Part shown: positions 36,206 through 51,857 of the stretch, one piece after another
Position numbering within the stretch: position 1 is the first letter of the stretch
How the letters are laid out: each line of letters opens with the position of its first letter
Assembly: GCF_964355755.1 (NCBI RefSeq)
Contig: NC_092671.1
Location: 1,674,001-1,738,000, forward strand
DNA from: Antedon mediterranea
Lineage: Eukaryota; Animalia; Echinodermata
Direction: 5' to 3'
Length of the DNA: 64,000 bases
Made by a program: the position numbers and the translations under genes
The notes under the pieces: generated by a model
The model's input: only the letters and a program-made list of their open reading frames with translations
What the model was told of the DNA's origin: nothing
Databases searched by the model: none

Positions 36206-38896
36206 CAGTATGTACATAAAATTGCCAATTATTTATATTTGTAGGAAAAAATTTAATAAAATCAAAACCTCTGATTTCTTAGTTATTTTGGATAATAGTG
36301 CTTGTTGTTGAGGAATAGTATCGACACAAAATAGATTTCCCTTGGGTTAAGTCTATGTACTTGCATGAAAAAGAAAAACAATATAGAAATGTACTTTGGA
36401 AGGTGTTGGTTGTGGCCTGACCCTGCTACTGCAACAATGAAACTTGATTTGCTCCTTTTTTTCTGAGTTTGTCATTTCTATAAAGCTTTTGTTTGTTTCA
36501 ACAATTTGATTCAATTCTCTAGTGGTTAGAAGTTGGAATATACTGGAGCTTTGTCTAAGAAACTTGACAAATATTGGCTTTTACACTGATCGGAGGTAGT
36601 TCGACGTCCCCAGCTTTCTATACAATCATTAGATTGATAGAAACATAGAAAATAAAGCAACAAAAGATGTAAGGATGAAGCAATTAAGGGATAATGCTGT
36701 AATCACTTGAACAATAAGTGCATTAATCTTGCCATTATTCAACATCTTAGTGGTAAAATTAGAATGATTTAGCTTTTCATTATAAATTGAAAGGAAAAAA
36801 ACGATAAACAATGCACTTGTTCGTTCGCCTTTGTGCAATTGGATTTAAGATCAGACGTCCATTACATGTTGTTTTTGCACACCTATGGCCCCATTTGTCC
36901 CTTGCTGTGTTGGCATATGTTTAGAAGTCTACTTACTAAAATGGCACTGAGAATTCATCCAGCTCTCAGTGGTTGGTAATCAGCAATTATAAATATGTTG
37001 AAATTTATTTCGGTTTGTGTATTGTAGAGAAGCAGATGATATTTAAATATTATTATTGATGGATCGATTGATGTTTGGTATTTCTTTCAGTTAACTGCAA
37101 AGTCAATTTTTGCCGTAACCATCTTAAGTTAGGTAACCATCTTAAGTTTGTAAATTACAAACACGATGAAGCGACTATGTATGATGAGTATTTCATTGAG
37201 CTTACTATATACTTTCATCATTATACAATTAGGCCTAGGTCTACAATGATCAATCAATACTGTACATTAAAAAAACATTGATTGGTAAATCTTTTGAAAT
37301 AAAAATAATATGGAAGTATGTTTCCATACATGTTTGATCAAAATAACCGGGTTAATAATGCAATAGTCTCATTTCAACATATGCTGTATATGGAATTTGT
37401 GCTATATAAATTAATAAATTATTATTATTCAAATTATTCAGTTCGCTGAGGTATGTCCGTCAATCATACACACCGCCAAAGTTATGGTGTTAACAACACC
37501 ACTACAGAGTTTATATGCAAAGACATACGATACATTATTGACTCTACAGCAGTACATTATTGACTACAGTACCTCATATATCATGTGTTTACATACAAGT
37601 CCCTCTTGCCAAACATTCATCCTCTGTAACTCAATCATCGTCATTGATCACATTTTAAAAGACCATCTAGGAATACTGTTACCTAACTTTCCATCCTAAA
37701 AGCTCATAAATTGAATGAGATCATCAGTCATTCTTCCAACACCTCATCCGTCTTTGTCTTGTTAGATGCATGTTTATTGTTATTTAGTTACAAGGGGGAT
37801 CTCAACTGCTTTCTGAGACAAAATTATTGAAATAATTTTATGAGGTTAAGCCAAAAGAACATAATTTTCTCTACAAGAAGAAACAACATCTTCAAAACAT
37901 GGCTGTAAATTTATTTCAAATCCTGAAAGTTGGCATTTATCTGATTTAGATTTCTTATAAATTTTATACTTTGACAAAATTTATTGTGTTTTTGTCAATG
38001 TCTTTAGTCTTGGATAAGTAAAGATTAATCACAAAGAAAAACAAATGTTTTAATTCATTACACTTTTAGTTTTGAGTTCAGTGTCGGTTACTTTGAATGC
38101 AGCAGTCATTCAGAGTAGGTGCTACTCTGTGACTGGCTAACTGTGAACCAGTAGATGATGCAATCTAAATTTTATTGTATACAGTCATGTATTTTTTTTT
38201 ACATTACCAACAAGAACTATTAACCTTTACCAACTGTTATTGCTATTGTAATGTAAGCTGTTTGTGACCAATTATTTGGACATTTGTTTCCTTACAGTAT
38301 TACATAAATAACATTCATGTTTTCTCTAATGTTTTCTCTATCGTATGTTTCTTTCTATGTCTTGTTTTGATAGCCAAATAACATTATTTCTACCTGTATT
38401 CTAATAGATAGATGGACATTAATGTTATTTTTGTAATATATTATTTTTGTAATTATTGGTTTGATGGCAACCTGACGTTTTAAGTGGCATTTAACAGATT
38501 GATTGCTTTAGTGTATGTTGTATATTCATTTACTTCTCATCTGTTTTCATTTGCACATTCGAATTCTAGACATCTTTACATCGACATGTTTGTCCAATGT
38601 AAAATGCAAAAAAGATAATTTATATTGTCAAATGTATTTTAATCAGCGGATCCAAGGGGGTTGTGTTTGGGCGTGAGCTCCCCTTTGACAGCTATAATGA
38701 AATCTTTTTTTAAAGTATCTAATTTGACAGGCGCTATTTAATATTATATGTTAGCCTTCCTCAGTTTGAAAAATCCTTTGATCTGCCCCTATTATTAATA
38801 GTAAAAATGGAATAAAGTAATCAAATGAACTAATAATATTCCCACTTCTAAAGTCTGATTTCTCGGACAGCTTATTTCACAGCTGTTTGTACAGCC

Positions 38897-39050
38897 TAAA
38901 GCTGTGTCTACACTCAAACTTTATGTGACAAAATAATGTAATGTGCCCATATATGGACACGATGATGTCATCACTACCATATTTGGGCACATCCCTACCA
39001 TATTTCGGCACATCATACTTTTTTTGTCAAACTAGTTTGTTTAGACACAC
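38897..39050. mobile_element. MITE family 2 copy (opposite orientation)
   Basis: AAAGCTGTGTCTACACTCAAACTTTATGTGAC...ATCACTACCATATTTGGGCAC, reverse complement of the 36053-36205 core. Confidence 0.75.
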
Positions 39051-40569
39051 CTGGGCGTAAACACAAATGCCAAAGCACTCATTCTTTTAAGAACAAGAAG
39101 AAAAAAAGCAACAATGTAACTTGTTACCAAGTTTCCCTTACACACCTTACGATCTTATTACAACAAAAGAACAAACGGAAATTAATTGAACAAAAACATA
39201 ATATTACAGATTTAAAAAAATACAAGATCAATTTCACAGATTAAAGGTTTACCCAGCAGTGGATTATACAATATCCTTTATCCTTAGTAAGGTGTGTTAA
39301 TAATTAGTTGGACGTATTTTGTTCATTTGCGATCTCTGTAGAACCTACTTATACCACCTATTGTTCACTGACGTCAATTTTCCATAAATGTATTTCATTA
39401 ATTTCCAATTAACCATGCAAGGTTTATAAGAATTCTTTTTGTGCAGTTGTTGCATACAATATTTAGTTACAAATTCTTAATCTTGATATTTTGTTTTAAT
39501 TATGCTATTTCATTTTAAATGTAATATCTAAATTCATTTTATGCTTTCTAAAATATTAGTTTAAATTAAAAATCAAGACAAAGGAACATATAGCATGACA
39601 AATTTAACAAATTACATTCTCTAACTATCAATATTAATAATGCCCTACTGTATCAATGGCATACGGTATGGAACACAGTTTGGCTGCTATTTCAGTGAGC
39701 CTTTTAGCTGCAACTTTTACCTGGAACTTTTAGCTGCAACTTTTAGGTGCCTTTTTTAGCTGCAACATTTAGCTGCTTCAACATACCCAGGATACAGATT
39801 ACATTCATGTGTGTCTGTATATCATTAATGCTCTTCCTTCCAATTATAATATTTGCATTTCACTTTCATGTTTTGTACCAAACATAAGTTACCGTTTTAC
39901 CTTTTCACATGAGAGGTGATTATCATATGTTGCACATTCAAAAGACATACACAAGGTATGTTTAATGTTAAAGATGAAAATGTATGTTTCTCATTACCTT
40001 GCTGTATTTATGTTGGAATATTATTAACAAAAAACAAATTAAATAAAATACAAACTATAAAGTAGTGCATATTAATATTTTTAAATATTGCCTATTAAAA
40101 ACGTCATTTATATTATCGTGAGATAATTTCCCGATTGATAGTAATCAATAACGGTACTGGGTTTGGTCTACTAGCGTTCCTGGTCCCAACCAGTACATCC
40201 ATTCATAGTAAGCCTACCTGGTGGTGGCCATAGAACGGTCCCGAGATAACGACTATACTTCGGCTTTAGACGATAGAAGATTGAAAAAATTGTTAGAGAT
40301 GTTTGATTATGTGTAGATGTGTGATTTGTTCTTTTATTCAAATGATGTTATTTATTTAATAAATTAATTTAATTATCGTAGATTGTATATTATGCGATAA
40401 ATATTATTTAGTAAATTGTTGATATATTATTATTATAATATTAATAAAAAGATATTTGTTAGTATAAATTTAAAACAATATAGATATAAGGAAGAAAAGC
40501 AAAGAGATTATGGAGCGGCTGTACCAGAATATACAACACTATAAGTATTGTAAAGTTAATATACTAAAA

Positions 40570-40960
40570 AATTTAGGCGATCTTGTCAAAGGTCAAGCGC
40601 CTTCAGCCCGCCACGTTTCGATATTCAATATTGAACTCTCTTGAAACATCTTCCGTCATTTAAATTACGCTTTCCACGATTTGTTTCCATATTTTTCTGT
40701 TTGTAAGTCTACTTTTCCTTTAAAATCTTTTAAAATTTTTATTTGGTTTATCCAGTTATCTTTTGGTCTTCCTGGCGGTCTTTTTACTTTCTTTTTTAAT
40801 TTCCTTCATTAAGGATAACTAGAATTAAGACTTTCAATCTTCTGGTCTTGATAATTTTAAGTATTAAATCGGCTCTAAATCACGCTCTAAATAAAAACCA
40901 AATACTCTCAATTCTGTCAAGTGGGCTTGATTTATAGGTTTTTATAAAATTTGGTAATAT
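40570..40960 (-). mobile_element. Degraded RTE-like LINE C-terminal remnant
   Basis: Minus-strand KKKVKRPPGRPKDNWIT amid stops and frameshifts. Confidence 0.5.
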
Positions 40961-41590
40961 ATAGTCTTCTTCTTGTGTAGTTTTCATTGAGTTGAAATCC
41001 TCACATTCGATGTGTTTTATTTTGTATGTTTCATGTTAAAGCTAGCATTCACATGAATGTTTTTAAATGTGCATAGAATGGATTTAGAACTAAAAATTCT
41101 CTTACGCTCTATATTGTTAACTTTGATGTACATCCAAACATAGTGATAGAATTCTACCTCCATGCTCAAATCTGTAAGATATCTGTTTTTAAATCTTATA
41201 GAGAAACAGCATGTAACATACCTTGAATAAAGTGAAAACTTAACACTACTTTAGTGGTCAGCTCTTTGCTATGAAAACCACAATAATAGTAGCTCTCTTG
41301 GTATTTTAACATAAATAAAAGTTGTAGCCATCCTGTGTGGGGTATGAACACCACTACGTGATATGAAAAGGAATACTGATCAACAATTCCAGAGGCTATA
41401 AACTTGTTTATACATCGTGATCCAAAAAGAAATATATTACAAGAGTACTGTAAAACAACTCCGAGGAGTGTTTACGGATTGCCTACCTGCTTCAAAAGGG
41501 CCGACAGTGTCTGGAATTTGAGTAGTGGTTTTCTGACATACAATAATATTTTCATGATATATGTGTTGTAGAATAAAATATAAAATATGG

Positions 41591-41826
41591 ATACAGTAGA
41601 ACCTCTTATATCATGGTGGAATTATTTATTTCTAAATAAATTCCTCCATGCCTATATTATTAAGGAACACCTTTGTAGAATAAAATAGAACCATTTATAG
41701 TGGTGTCCCCTGAATAGAGGGTTTCTTTTCTGCGATTTGGCCATCTCAATTATATATTGCCCTCGTTAAATTCACAGGAAAGTGTCCCCTGAATTTAGTT
41801 GTCTATAAGGAGGGATTCTGATGTAA
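41591..41826. mobile_element. Degenerate Tc1/mariner-like MITE
   Basis: TA-CAGTAGAACCTC start with GTGTCCCCTGAAT repeats and a GAGGGATTCTGATGTA end. Similar motifs at ~57933-57995 and ~62393-62590. Confidence 0.45.
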
Positions 41827-43400
41827 TATAATATAAAACAAGTGTAATTCCAAAGATGTATTGCGAATTTAAACTACAGAACCATCATGTCATGTGTTTT
41901 TTTTGTGTGCATTTTTAATATCTCGTTTCATCTTCAATTAATGTTGATACATGCTATGACCTGGAAAAATAATCTTAGCATAGTATGTTTCCATGGTAAT
42001 ATGAACAAGTATATTATCTTTTTTAGCTTGCTTTGCCTGCAGGCATTATTGTTGAATTTTTTCCCTTAATTTATTAAAAGTATAATAAATTAAACAATTT
42101 GGAACTTGCTATGATGAGCGTTCTTGTGTTTCTAATCTTTGAATTTTAGAAATGCTTTTAAAACATTTTAAGCCAAGTAAAAATAATTACTAGTTTGTTG
42201 ATATACCAGTACAGTATAAGTCCTTATCATTTTCTATTTGACTGCCAATATTAAATCTAAAAGTCATGCGATAGATAAAAAAATGATAATAATAACTAAT
42301 TCATTTATTTTACATTGTAAGGAAGATGTTAGTGAAGAGGATAATGCTGGAGGTGTGTGTGACGGTAGTCGTGTCGAGGGCCAAGACAATAATGATGGCA
42401 CAAAATTATTCAATGTACAAAATATAATATGTATTCAATCAAAAGTAAGATTTTAAAACAATGTGAAAATGTAGTGACTGATGTTATAGTTTGAAGAATC
42501 AATACCCGAACTAACTAACTTAACTACAAAACATATATTTATATTAATTAAGGGGACAGGAAAGATGACCACATCCTGATTGACTTTCCTTGAAAGACCC
42601 ACCTTAGGAATGTAGTGTTCCAAGTTAAGTAGGCATCCGGAAGAGTAAGGGGTGAATAGCCTGTGTGATTAATAGGGTTGGTCCCACCATGTTACAGTGT
42701 GAGTAGGGGTATTGAGGTGGTAGGATTTTTAGGTGGTGGTATTGAAGTGGTGGTTCGGATATTGAGGTGGTGATAGTTGGTGGTGGAGCTAGTAGATTGT
42801 AAGGATGACTGATGTGGTAGCAGTCAGGATAATGACATCGAAGGATGGAAATAGGCAAGAGATAATTGTGCTGCAGCTTGTACAGACAATGGCCATGACA
42901 GTGATGATATCAAACATTCCAACCCCTAGACATTCAAAAGCAAATTTGTGTTGCAAAGAAGTTTTGATTGAAATTTATCAGACAATATTCAAGTGATGTA
43001 GCAAGGTAGTGATGAAGAATAAACTTAGTGACTGGTTATGGCAGTGATTATATGATAACAATATTGTAATATTTCCATGTACAGTAACATGTCATGTCTT
43101 TTTAATTCAAAGAAAGCTGAAACCCATTACAGTACATAGCTAGCTATTCTTTGTGCGAATGGTTTCCTAAAGACATAATTCAGTACACATTTTAATGTCA
43201 ATGACCTACTAACTACTACGTCCAAGAAAACGCATACATTTTTCGGAATCATTCAGAATAAATCTGTTGTCCTTTTGAACTCTTCGTCATAATGGGCATA
43301 TCACTCATTGCTTTAGTATTTTGTTTTAATAATACATTTAAAATGAAATTTTGATAGATAGGTAAAAAAAACGGTTAGTAGTTTAAAAACCATAAGATTC

Positions 43401-44034
43401 TTAAAGCCCCATTCCCTACGTTTTTTAGATCTATTTTAAGATCACAAACTATATTTAATGTAAAAATAATACTATATGGTCCTATTGCGATAACTTTTTT
43501 CGTCTTTAAACGGTTAAAAAAGTGAAAAATAAATCAATTCTAATAATTATAGAGGCCCGCTATAAATCCCAAAATGCATTGCGCGCGGATTGATATTTTT
43601 GTTTTTCACCTGTAATTCGCCCACTTTTCGATCGATCGTGAAGCCAAAACAAATGGAAGACTCCTAACTTTTCAGCGAAAATACCGGGTTTTCCCCAATT
43701 TGTATCAACGGAGTCTGGCAAAAATAGAAAGACAATTAATGCAGCAACTATACAACGTCAGGCTAGGTATATAGCTAGCGTACGATTTTCATACGTTATC
43801 GATGTTTACCAGCTAGGCCTACAAAACTAAGCCTAGCTAGGCTAGGCCTAAGACCGTCCACGAGAGGTCGATCGCCGCGAGCTACTTAGGTAGTGCATTG
43901 TTTCTCACTTTTTATCATAATTTACCATAAAACGTACATTTAAGACAAGGAATGACATGGTTTAATGTTTTTAAAGTGATATATATGTATTATTTTCCAA
44001 AAAACGTCCAAAATTGCAGGGAAGGGGTCTTTAA
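43401..44034. mobile_element. ~626-bp non-autonomous DNA transposon with TTAA TSD (Kolobok-like)
   Basis: TTAA-AGCCCCATTCCCTAC ... GCAGGGAAGGGGTCT-TTAA imperfect TIRs. The interior is CpG-richer than the flanks. Confidence 0.75.
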
Positions 44035-46329
44035 GATATGTGACAAGGTAAATTTAATACTAGAGATTTCCAAAACTTAGCTGGTGATATACATAAATAT
44101 GGTACTAGTGGTATGATATCATCATGTCCATTTATTGGCATCACATTTAGTTTGATAGTGTAGACAGAGCTTTAGATTCCTTTGAATATTTTTATTGTTA
44201 AAAACTTACACTTTATTCTTCTGTTGGCTGAAAATAAAATTTTTAAATGTCTTTTAATATTCTTACTCATATTTGTATTTTGAGTTAGAATCTGACCCTG
44301 TCCCCGTTTTAGTCATAAGGTTCCTTCAGCAAATAAACCTTTTTGGTTGTAGAATGACTTCTATTGTCTGTGAGGAAATGCAGACATCTGGCCAAAAGAC
44401 AGAAAAACTGTTAATGTAAAAGGAAGTGTATGGAATTATATTTGAGTATATTTTTTTGATTTTTAATCTCTCATCCTTAAACAGATGGCCCTGTTAAGCG
44501 TAATGAAAATTACAGTTGTCAGAGGGAGAGAATCAAGTAATGTTTATTTTTGTTGAGTTCATTCTAGCTGTATGGGTCAGGTTTCACTAAAAGGCTACCA
44601 AGGTGTAATTGGTAGTTTTTCTTATAATAAGGGATCAACTCAGAATGTTCTTTGTATGTCTATTTTTAACACCTTGTTCTTTTACGCGTGTGTTCAGGCA
44701 TAGCTATGCACACGGCAGATTGTCTGTCTATTGGTTTACATACCATGTTCTCAATTCTTTTTTTCTCATACATTTATACAAATCCATATTCTTCCAAAAC
44801 CAAACTTTTCTTCAAGTAGTCTGATATTGGGAGCGGTGAATGTAAAAAAAATCTGGTATACTATAAATGCATTGTTTTCTTATTGCAACATTTTTTTACA
44901 AAAGAAAACAAAACTCGGTTTCTGAAAGTTTTGTGAATTTCTTTCAGTTGGTTGTACAGTATTTTAGGCCTAATATGTACTTTTTTACGTACTACGTCTG
45001 AAAAATACTATTAAATAATGATGATTTTGCAGTTTTTAGGATAATTCCTTTTTTTCCTGATTGGTATTACTAAATGACATTTACTCATAGGAAACAACAT
45101 AGTAATTATTTAATTTTCTAGCAAAAAAAACCAGCTTGTAAATTTAATCATGAAATTGTTGCAATTAAAATCCTGTATGAAACGTACACTATTACTGTTC
45201 CTTTTATATAATTCAGTTATTAATGAAATAATTCAGATAACCTTGAGTTTTATCCACATACATGTGTTAATAACACTACCACCCAAATGCTCCAAGGACC
45301 AAGGCTTAGCTTTTAGGCCCAAGATCCTTCCCAACTCATTCCTCAAAATCCAAGTGATAAATGCTGTGACAAATGCACAGAAGCCTTGAAACCTTGAAGG
45401 TTTAACTTTCTTATAAAGTGGCTCTATTAAGCAGTCTAGCAACTTCAATACCCTTTGGCACTTTTAGTAATTACCATACCTTTGGCCTATTAGGCAAGGC
45501 TGGTTGGGTTCCCCATATAGTATGAGATAGGGCTCTTCCTGGCACCCCAGAGATGGAGTGCTCTTCATGGCACTAAAGATGGATGGGTATTCATGATACC
45601 AGAGATGGATGGAGAGCAGATGGATGGGAGAGGCTCAGTAAGATGATGGATGACTATCACTACATCTCTAATACACATTTATATTCATTTGTAAAAAGCA
45701 TATTATATCCTTGAAATAGTCAGTATAATTATAAATAATGTGAGAATCAAGTTGGTGATTAGATTGTTTGTTTATCCTTCCAAGATTGTGATTCTGCATT
45801 CTAGGTTCCAAGATTTTTGGTATATGAATGGTATAACATACATATTTCGGTATAACAATTGACTGTAACAGTGTAAAAGCCTATGGGGTGTTACATTGTT
45901 TGCAACAGATATCCAACAAAAATACAGAGTGATGTAATGTATCCTTGAAGATCACAACTTACAATTGATCCAACCTCTGACTAATTTGACTGAGTGACCT
46001 TCATTCCCCTGTGAAGTGCTTTGTGTTAATTTATAGGTGTAAACATAACCATTCATTTAAATGTAATTCTAAATAACCATTTAAAAAATATTTTACATGT
46101 CATGTATTTTTATGGATTTGAATAGAGGATGAAGAGCACTTTACCTTGAAAGGAAAGAAAATATATAAGCAATTTACAGCCGAGCGGTACGGTAAGTGGA
46201 AAACTGCATAGCTTATCCCACATAGAATCTGTATCTACCTTGAGCAGGAAACTGCCAGTACGCGTTGTGTGTAAATGGTCACAAGGAATATTAAAGATAG
46301 ATTCTATATTTTATTACCATTAGTTACCG

Positions 46330-46535
46330 CTCATCTGTGTAAATTGACCTTAACAGCAATCCCGTAGCAAGGGGGTTTGTAGAGTTCAAAAGACCCCCCC
46401 TCATCTGTGTAAATTGGCCTTAACAGCAATCCCGTAGCAAGGGGTTCATAGAGTTCAAAAGACCCCCCTCATCTGTGTAAATTGACCTTAACAGCAATCC
46501 CGTAGCAAGGGGGTTCGTAGAGTTCAAAAGACCCA
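46330..46535. repeat. ~69-70-bp tandem repeat x3
   Basis: CTCATCTGTGTAAATTGACCTTAACAGCAATCCCGTAGCAAGGGGGTT...AGAGTTCAAAAGACCC at 46330, 46400 and 46468. Confidence 0.95.
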
Positions 46536-49500
46536 CCACCCCCCCCCCCCCCATTTTCTTGATATACCCTACAATAGGCCTAAATTTATATTTCTTTAGT
46601 TATTTACGCTTGCACTGGCCCCTATTTGTGGGAAAAAAACAAAAAAAACTTTTCTGCACAAAACTACGGGCTTGTACAGAACTTGCAAAAATACTGCACT
46701 GTATACCATAAAAGCTGTTCAAATTGAAACATTGCCAACAATTAAGTAAAGCATTACAGTAATACTATAAATATCGCATATTCGACCTGTGCAGTCAGAT
46801 GACCTACACATTGAGATGACCCAAACTTGGCAACTTCACACCCATAAAACCCTTTGCTCTTTAATCCAACCTTGACGATTTAAACCATGATACAATCAAA
46901 GAGGAAATATTTTAATACTTTCTTCATGTCTGAATATTAAGTTCAATAACTTATGTAATCTAATGATTATTTTGAGTATCAGATACCAAGGGCAATATTG
47001 TTATTGTTAAAACCTTTCAATGATCATCAATATCAAGGTTCTTTCCTACTGGTCATTTCTTGGCGAAACAAAGCACATGATTATCCACCAATGGGTGATG
47101 GCCTCATATAAAAGTTTATGATCTGGTAGGAATCTGTTAATAGCTTCGTTTATTGGTCTCCAAACACCTTAAAATGATTTCCATAGGGAGTCTGTAGTAG
47201 CTATCCTCAATAAGGAAGCTATACTTAAAGGGAAATTGTTTATCCATGTTTTTGACACTTTTCAGGAAAAACTTCATTAACTTTGTCTGTCATCTCATTT
47301 CTGAATATTTAAACAGTTATTTCTTTCTATTCCTTGGTTGATAGTGGCCTAAAGCTCTGTCTACACTATCACATTTTTGTGTTAGTTTGACAGTGTAGAC
47401 AAAAATTTATACTATTAATATGTATCAATAATATGGAGTGAGTGCAGATCTGTTTGGGCTTTAGCCTATTCTCATTCATTCTATGTAAAGCACCTAGAGG
47501 GGTCAGTGATCCATTAGGCGCTATATAAATACTGTTTATTATTATTATTATTATTATTATGGTTATTTTTTACATTGATGACCGAATAAATATTATTATT
47601 ATTATTATTAATATTAGAGCTCATTTAAACAGGCTTTTGTTTTACTAGTTAGTAGATTTCAATTGTTATAATGTATTCTGTTTTAAATAAATGTACAGTA
47701 CATACTAATACCGTAATATATTTAGTTTATTGAAACAATAAAAAAAATACTTTCCTATTCGTCATCTCTGCTCTGTTGTTCTTATCCCACAATGATGACT
47801 TCTTAGTAGCCACAGTATGCATATGATTACACTCCCCATGACTGACTGTTTAAATGTTAAGGGAAACCAATGACCAGAGGCTATAGGGTGACAAATGATC
47901 ATATCAGTGTTTCTGAGCTCCACTACATATATATTACTATTAGCAAACGCAGTTTAATCTCAAGACAAGTAAAATTTCCAGTGCTTTAATAAACTACATT
48001 AATGGCTATCATAGTACAATATAAAATATGTATACATCCTTGATTAAAGTAAATAAATATTGTATGACTTTCACATACACAAGTTATTTAAGGTGTTAAA
48101 TGGCATACTGTATTTAAAATGCCATGGTTAATAGATGCAACCAATCAAATTTTGTTATTTATTATAAAGCATATGATTTCAATGTGTTTACTTGTTTCAA
48201 TTCAACATCATTTGCAGAATGTGTCTAAAATTGGGGATGCATGTTATATTATATTAGATATTCAGAAGTATGCAGTTTAGTCATAACTGGTAACCATACT
48301 GTCTTTTCTATTATATATGTGATAAAAAATTAATTCCAAGTAAATAAAATCTACCTGGTTTTACAAATGAAAAAGTTAAAAGGACATAACATTATGTTGT
48401 CGTAAGCACAAAATAAATGTTTGGCAAAATTCTCACATGTTACAAACACCAATATACTGTTTTGAACTGGCTTGGCTACCATCTTGTTAAAATGTTAATT
48501 ACTGCTTTTCATGATGTAAATTTTTCCATTCCAGAGCATTGACCAGTTGAGATCTTTTACAACATTTTTTATGTTTATTTGAAGCGGCATATTCCATTAT
48601 TAAGAAGGTTAGTAGCAATTTTACACTGTATCAGATTTAAATTCATAATTATTAAAGATAATTATTAATAATTTATGGTCACTAACTACCAATTTGATTG
48701 ACAGCCATTTAATAATAAATTCATGAATTATGATGATATTAGCAGCTGTTTTATAGCCTTAAATTGTAATTTTTACTGGTATTAAAATTATTGTCTGCTA
48801 TTGGCTGTTCCATGTATTGTTATCACCCTTTGTGTATATAATGTAATTCATGTAATTACATTTTATTTATGAAATTTAAAAGTGTCAGTTAATCATATGT
48901 ATAAACAATAGTATTCTCATCTTGCTATACAATTCTTTTAAATTCAGTTGTACACATACTGCACTGTATGCTAGGTTTTATGAATTTATCTACTTGAAAA
49001 TGCAAAGACTAATTGCGATTGAGGTGTAAGCGTATAACACTAACAGAAATAATTTACCGAAATATGACCTCATTTACTGAAAATAAGTGGCGTTAATTCT
49101 ATCAATTTACCATATGAAAGTCGGACATAATTAAGCATCAACTAAGCAGTGTATCTGTTTATCTCATTAAAACAACTGCTATTAGTGTGGTCATGTGATC
49201 TGCAACATTATGCACAGTACTATTAAGCAATTACCCAATTCACACACACAACACAAATGTAACAATGTTACATGAATATTTTCAGCGCTGCTTACTGGCT
49301 ATGAGTGCTCACTGGCTAAACCCAGAGTCTCAGAGCATGAGTAGGGCCCTTTAGGAGTGGTAAACCAGGGGCTTCCCCCTTGCATTTACGCCACTGAATA
49401 ATTATCTCACTGGATAATACAGGTACAGTGTAATGTAAAGTTAACGCCATGTAAAAGACACATTAGAAAGATATGCGCAGATACATTATAACATGAATAT

Positions 49501-51712
49501 AATCTCAGCAGGTGCCAGACTTGTGATTAGGGTGCTTTTTTTAATATTCTTTTAAATCATATATTTTGTACAATAAATTTGTCAATTCAAGTCCATATCG
49601 CTGTTACATCCATGTAAACAAGGCTGGTAAAAGATTACCAACTTGTTACAATATTTTACATAAGGTAAGATAACTGTATTTCGTCCACAAAACATATTCA
49701 ATATGTTAACCCTTTTATATGTGAATCACGTATATAACATATATATTTACGAAAAACTATCATACAAGTGAAAAGAACGAACAAATTTAGTTTAATTTTA
49801 AATCGGCACATTAACTTGGTTGGTATTACCGTGTGTTTACTGAAAGCATATTAAGAATAAGAATACAAGAATATTGATTATTCCCTCGGGACAAGGATAA
49901 ATTTCATCATAGAAATTAGCAAGATACTAGCCACAGATTGTGACCTCTATGAAGCAGCAGCCAATCAGAATCAATGATGCATGGAAGTGAAACTAGGATG
50001 TCAATCAATCATATATTAAACCATTGTATGTTTGTAACAAAAACATTTAAATATCTTTATTTGTACAGTACAGTAGTTGTCAATGGTAATGCTGGTTCAC
50101 TTGATCTTATGTCTAATTTGAATAATCTGAGTGCACGTCCACTCAAAGTCCCTATTTTTTTTTTTTTTGCATTTAAACATTTATTTACTTTCAATGACAT
50201 AGTAACAAAATAAAAGGAGATACATAATATGACAAAGTATTAAGTAACATTGAAAGAAGGCTTGATCCCTATGTAGGAGGACTTGTGTTGGGCAAGCCTG
50301 AAACATAAAATAAATGTGCTCATGTGCACATACATCATACATCAGACGAATAGGAGTTGCCTTGGTGTATTGGTTTTACACTGCCCCTGTGGTGGATGTG
50401 GATTTGGCACCTATATATGGAAACATGTTATACAAAATCCTGCTCAGAACAAAGAGGAAACCATGATAGCCTACCACTTTATTCCATCACACTCTGTTCA
50501 CACCTCTGCTTAATTGATGCCATAATTTTGTTTTCTATATCTGTCAACGTGTTGGTATTCCAATTGCATTTACCTCCATTTCCCTTTAATAATTCAGGTC
50601 TATTTTTGTTATTTTTGCTTCTAGATTTTTTAATATACAGGTAAACTACTAGAATATATATTTTATGGCTTCTGTAATTCTTTTGTTTATGACAATGTAG
50701 GTCACCGTGTCAACGCCCTTGTATGAAAAAGCTTTTCGGGCTAGAACAGATTGAAATGGATTTGTAGCACAGTGAGTGACCATGGCTGTAAGCAGTTAAT
50801 GTGAACATGGCCTTATTGTGAACTTGATAATACTGTAATAATATTTATTGATGTATAAAAAATATTAAATAGCATTCACAAAAATATATTTAGGCATAAT
50901 TACCATACTCAATAATTGGCGTCTTGTATTCCAACCAACCAAAGTAGGCTATACTGTGTAATTATTCGTCGAGTTCTTATATTATTTGTAGTTCCTATTA
51001 TAATTATTATTTTTATGTTTTTAGTTCTTATATAATATGTTCTTTATATAACACCTAAATAAATTCCTGTCATTTGATTCGACGATTGTGGGTCACATGG
51101 CATGCAATAGTACACACTATTAAACGGTCTATTATATTTCTTATAATAGTTCTTATATTGTATAGTTCTTATAATATTTTAATATCGTCGTTAATAATAA
51201 TAATTGTAGGTTTTAGAATCTAGTTCAGGGAAAAAAAAGAAAAATGAAAATTTCGCATTTCTCAAAATGTGAAGCAATAAAACTAAAACCTGTAAATGAT
51301 ATTAAAAAGAAAGATCCTAAGGGGTGCTCAGCAGACACTCTATGCACCCTGCATGTATACTATACCTATCAGAAGTGCTTTCACATATTATTGATAGGTT
51401 CTCTTTGTATTTCTTTTAAATGAGAAAATAATAATGTCCTTGTAACTCAGCACCATTTGAGTGAGACATGCTTCCGTACAATAATAAATTCAAACTTGGT
51501 AAATTGAAATATGGCATACATTGTTGGGTTCAAAATAGCAATTTGTTAGTTCAGGAATTGTTCTTTTCTAAAACAGGAAAACAAAGTTTAGATTATGAAT
51601 ACATGTTTAGATTGTCTGTTCTGCAGGATACATGATATTGTTTTACTGTTTTTAAGTCTGACTAATGTTTAAATTTATTTCATTTTCAATACTCTTTTCT
51701 GAATTCTATCAG

Positions 51713-51857
51713 TAAAGCTTGGTTTCGCACTAGGACGCAAAGCAAAAGACATACAAACAACTTGCTGACCAATTCCAAAAGAGTGATGGTTTGAATCACA
51801 TCACTTGTAAACGGCCAAATTTGGTGTGCATCCTTACATCGCGTCTTAGCAACTTTA
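51713..51857. mobile_element. Diverged MITE family 1 copy
   Basis: AAAGCTTGGTTTCGCACTAGGACGCAA...TGACCAAT...CGCGTCTTAG. Confidence 0.5.

Noticed and set aside
42640-42870. Pro/Thr-rich or Gly/Val-rich coding segment
   Set aside because: It is a low-complexity GGT-rich tract without convincing splice sites or a long frame.
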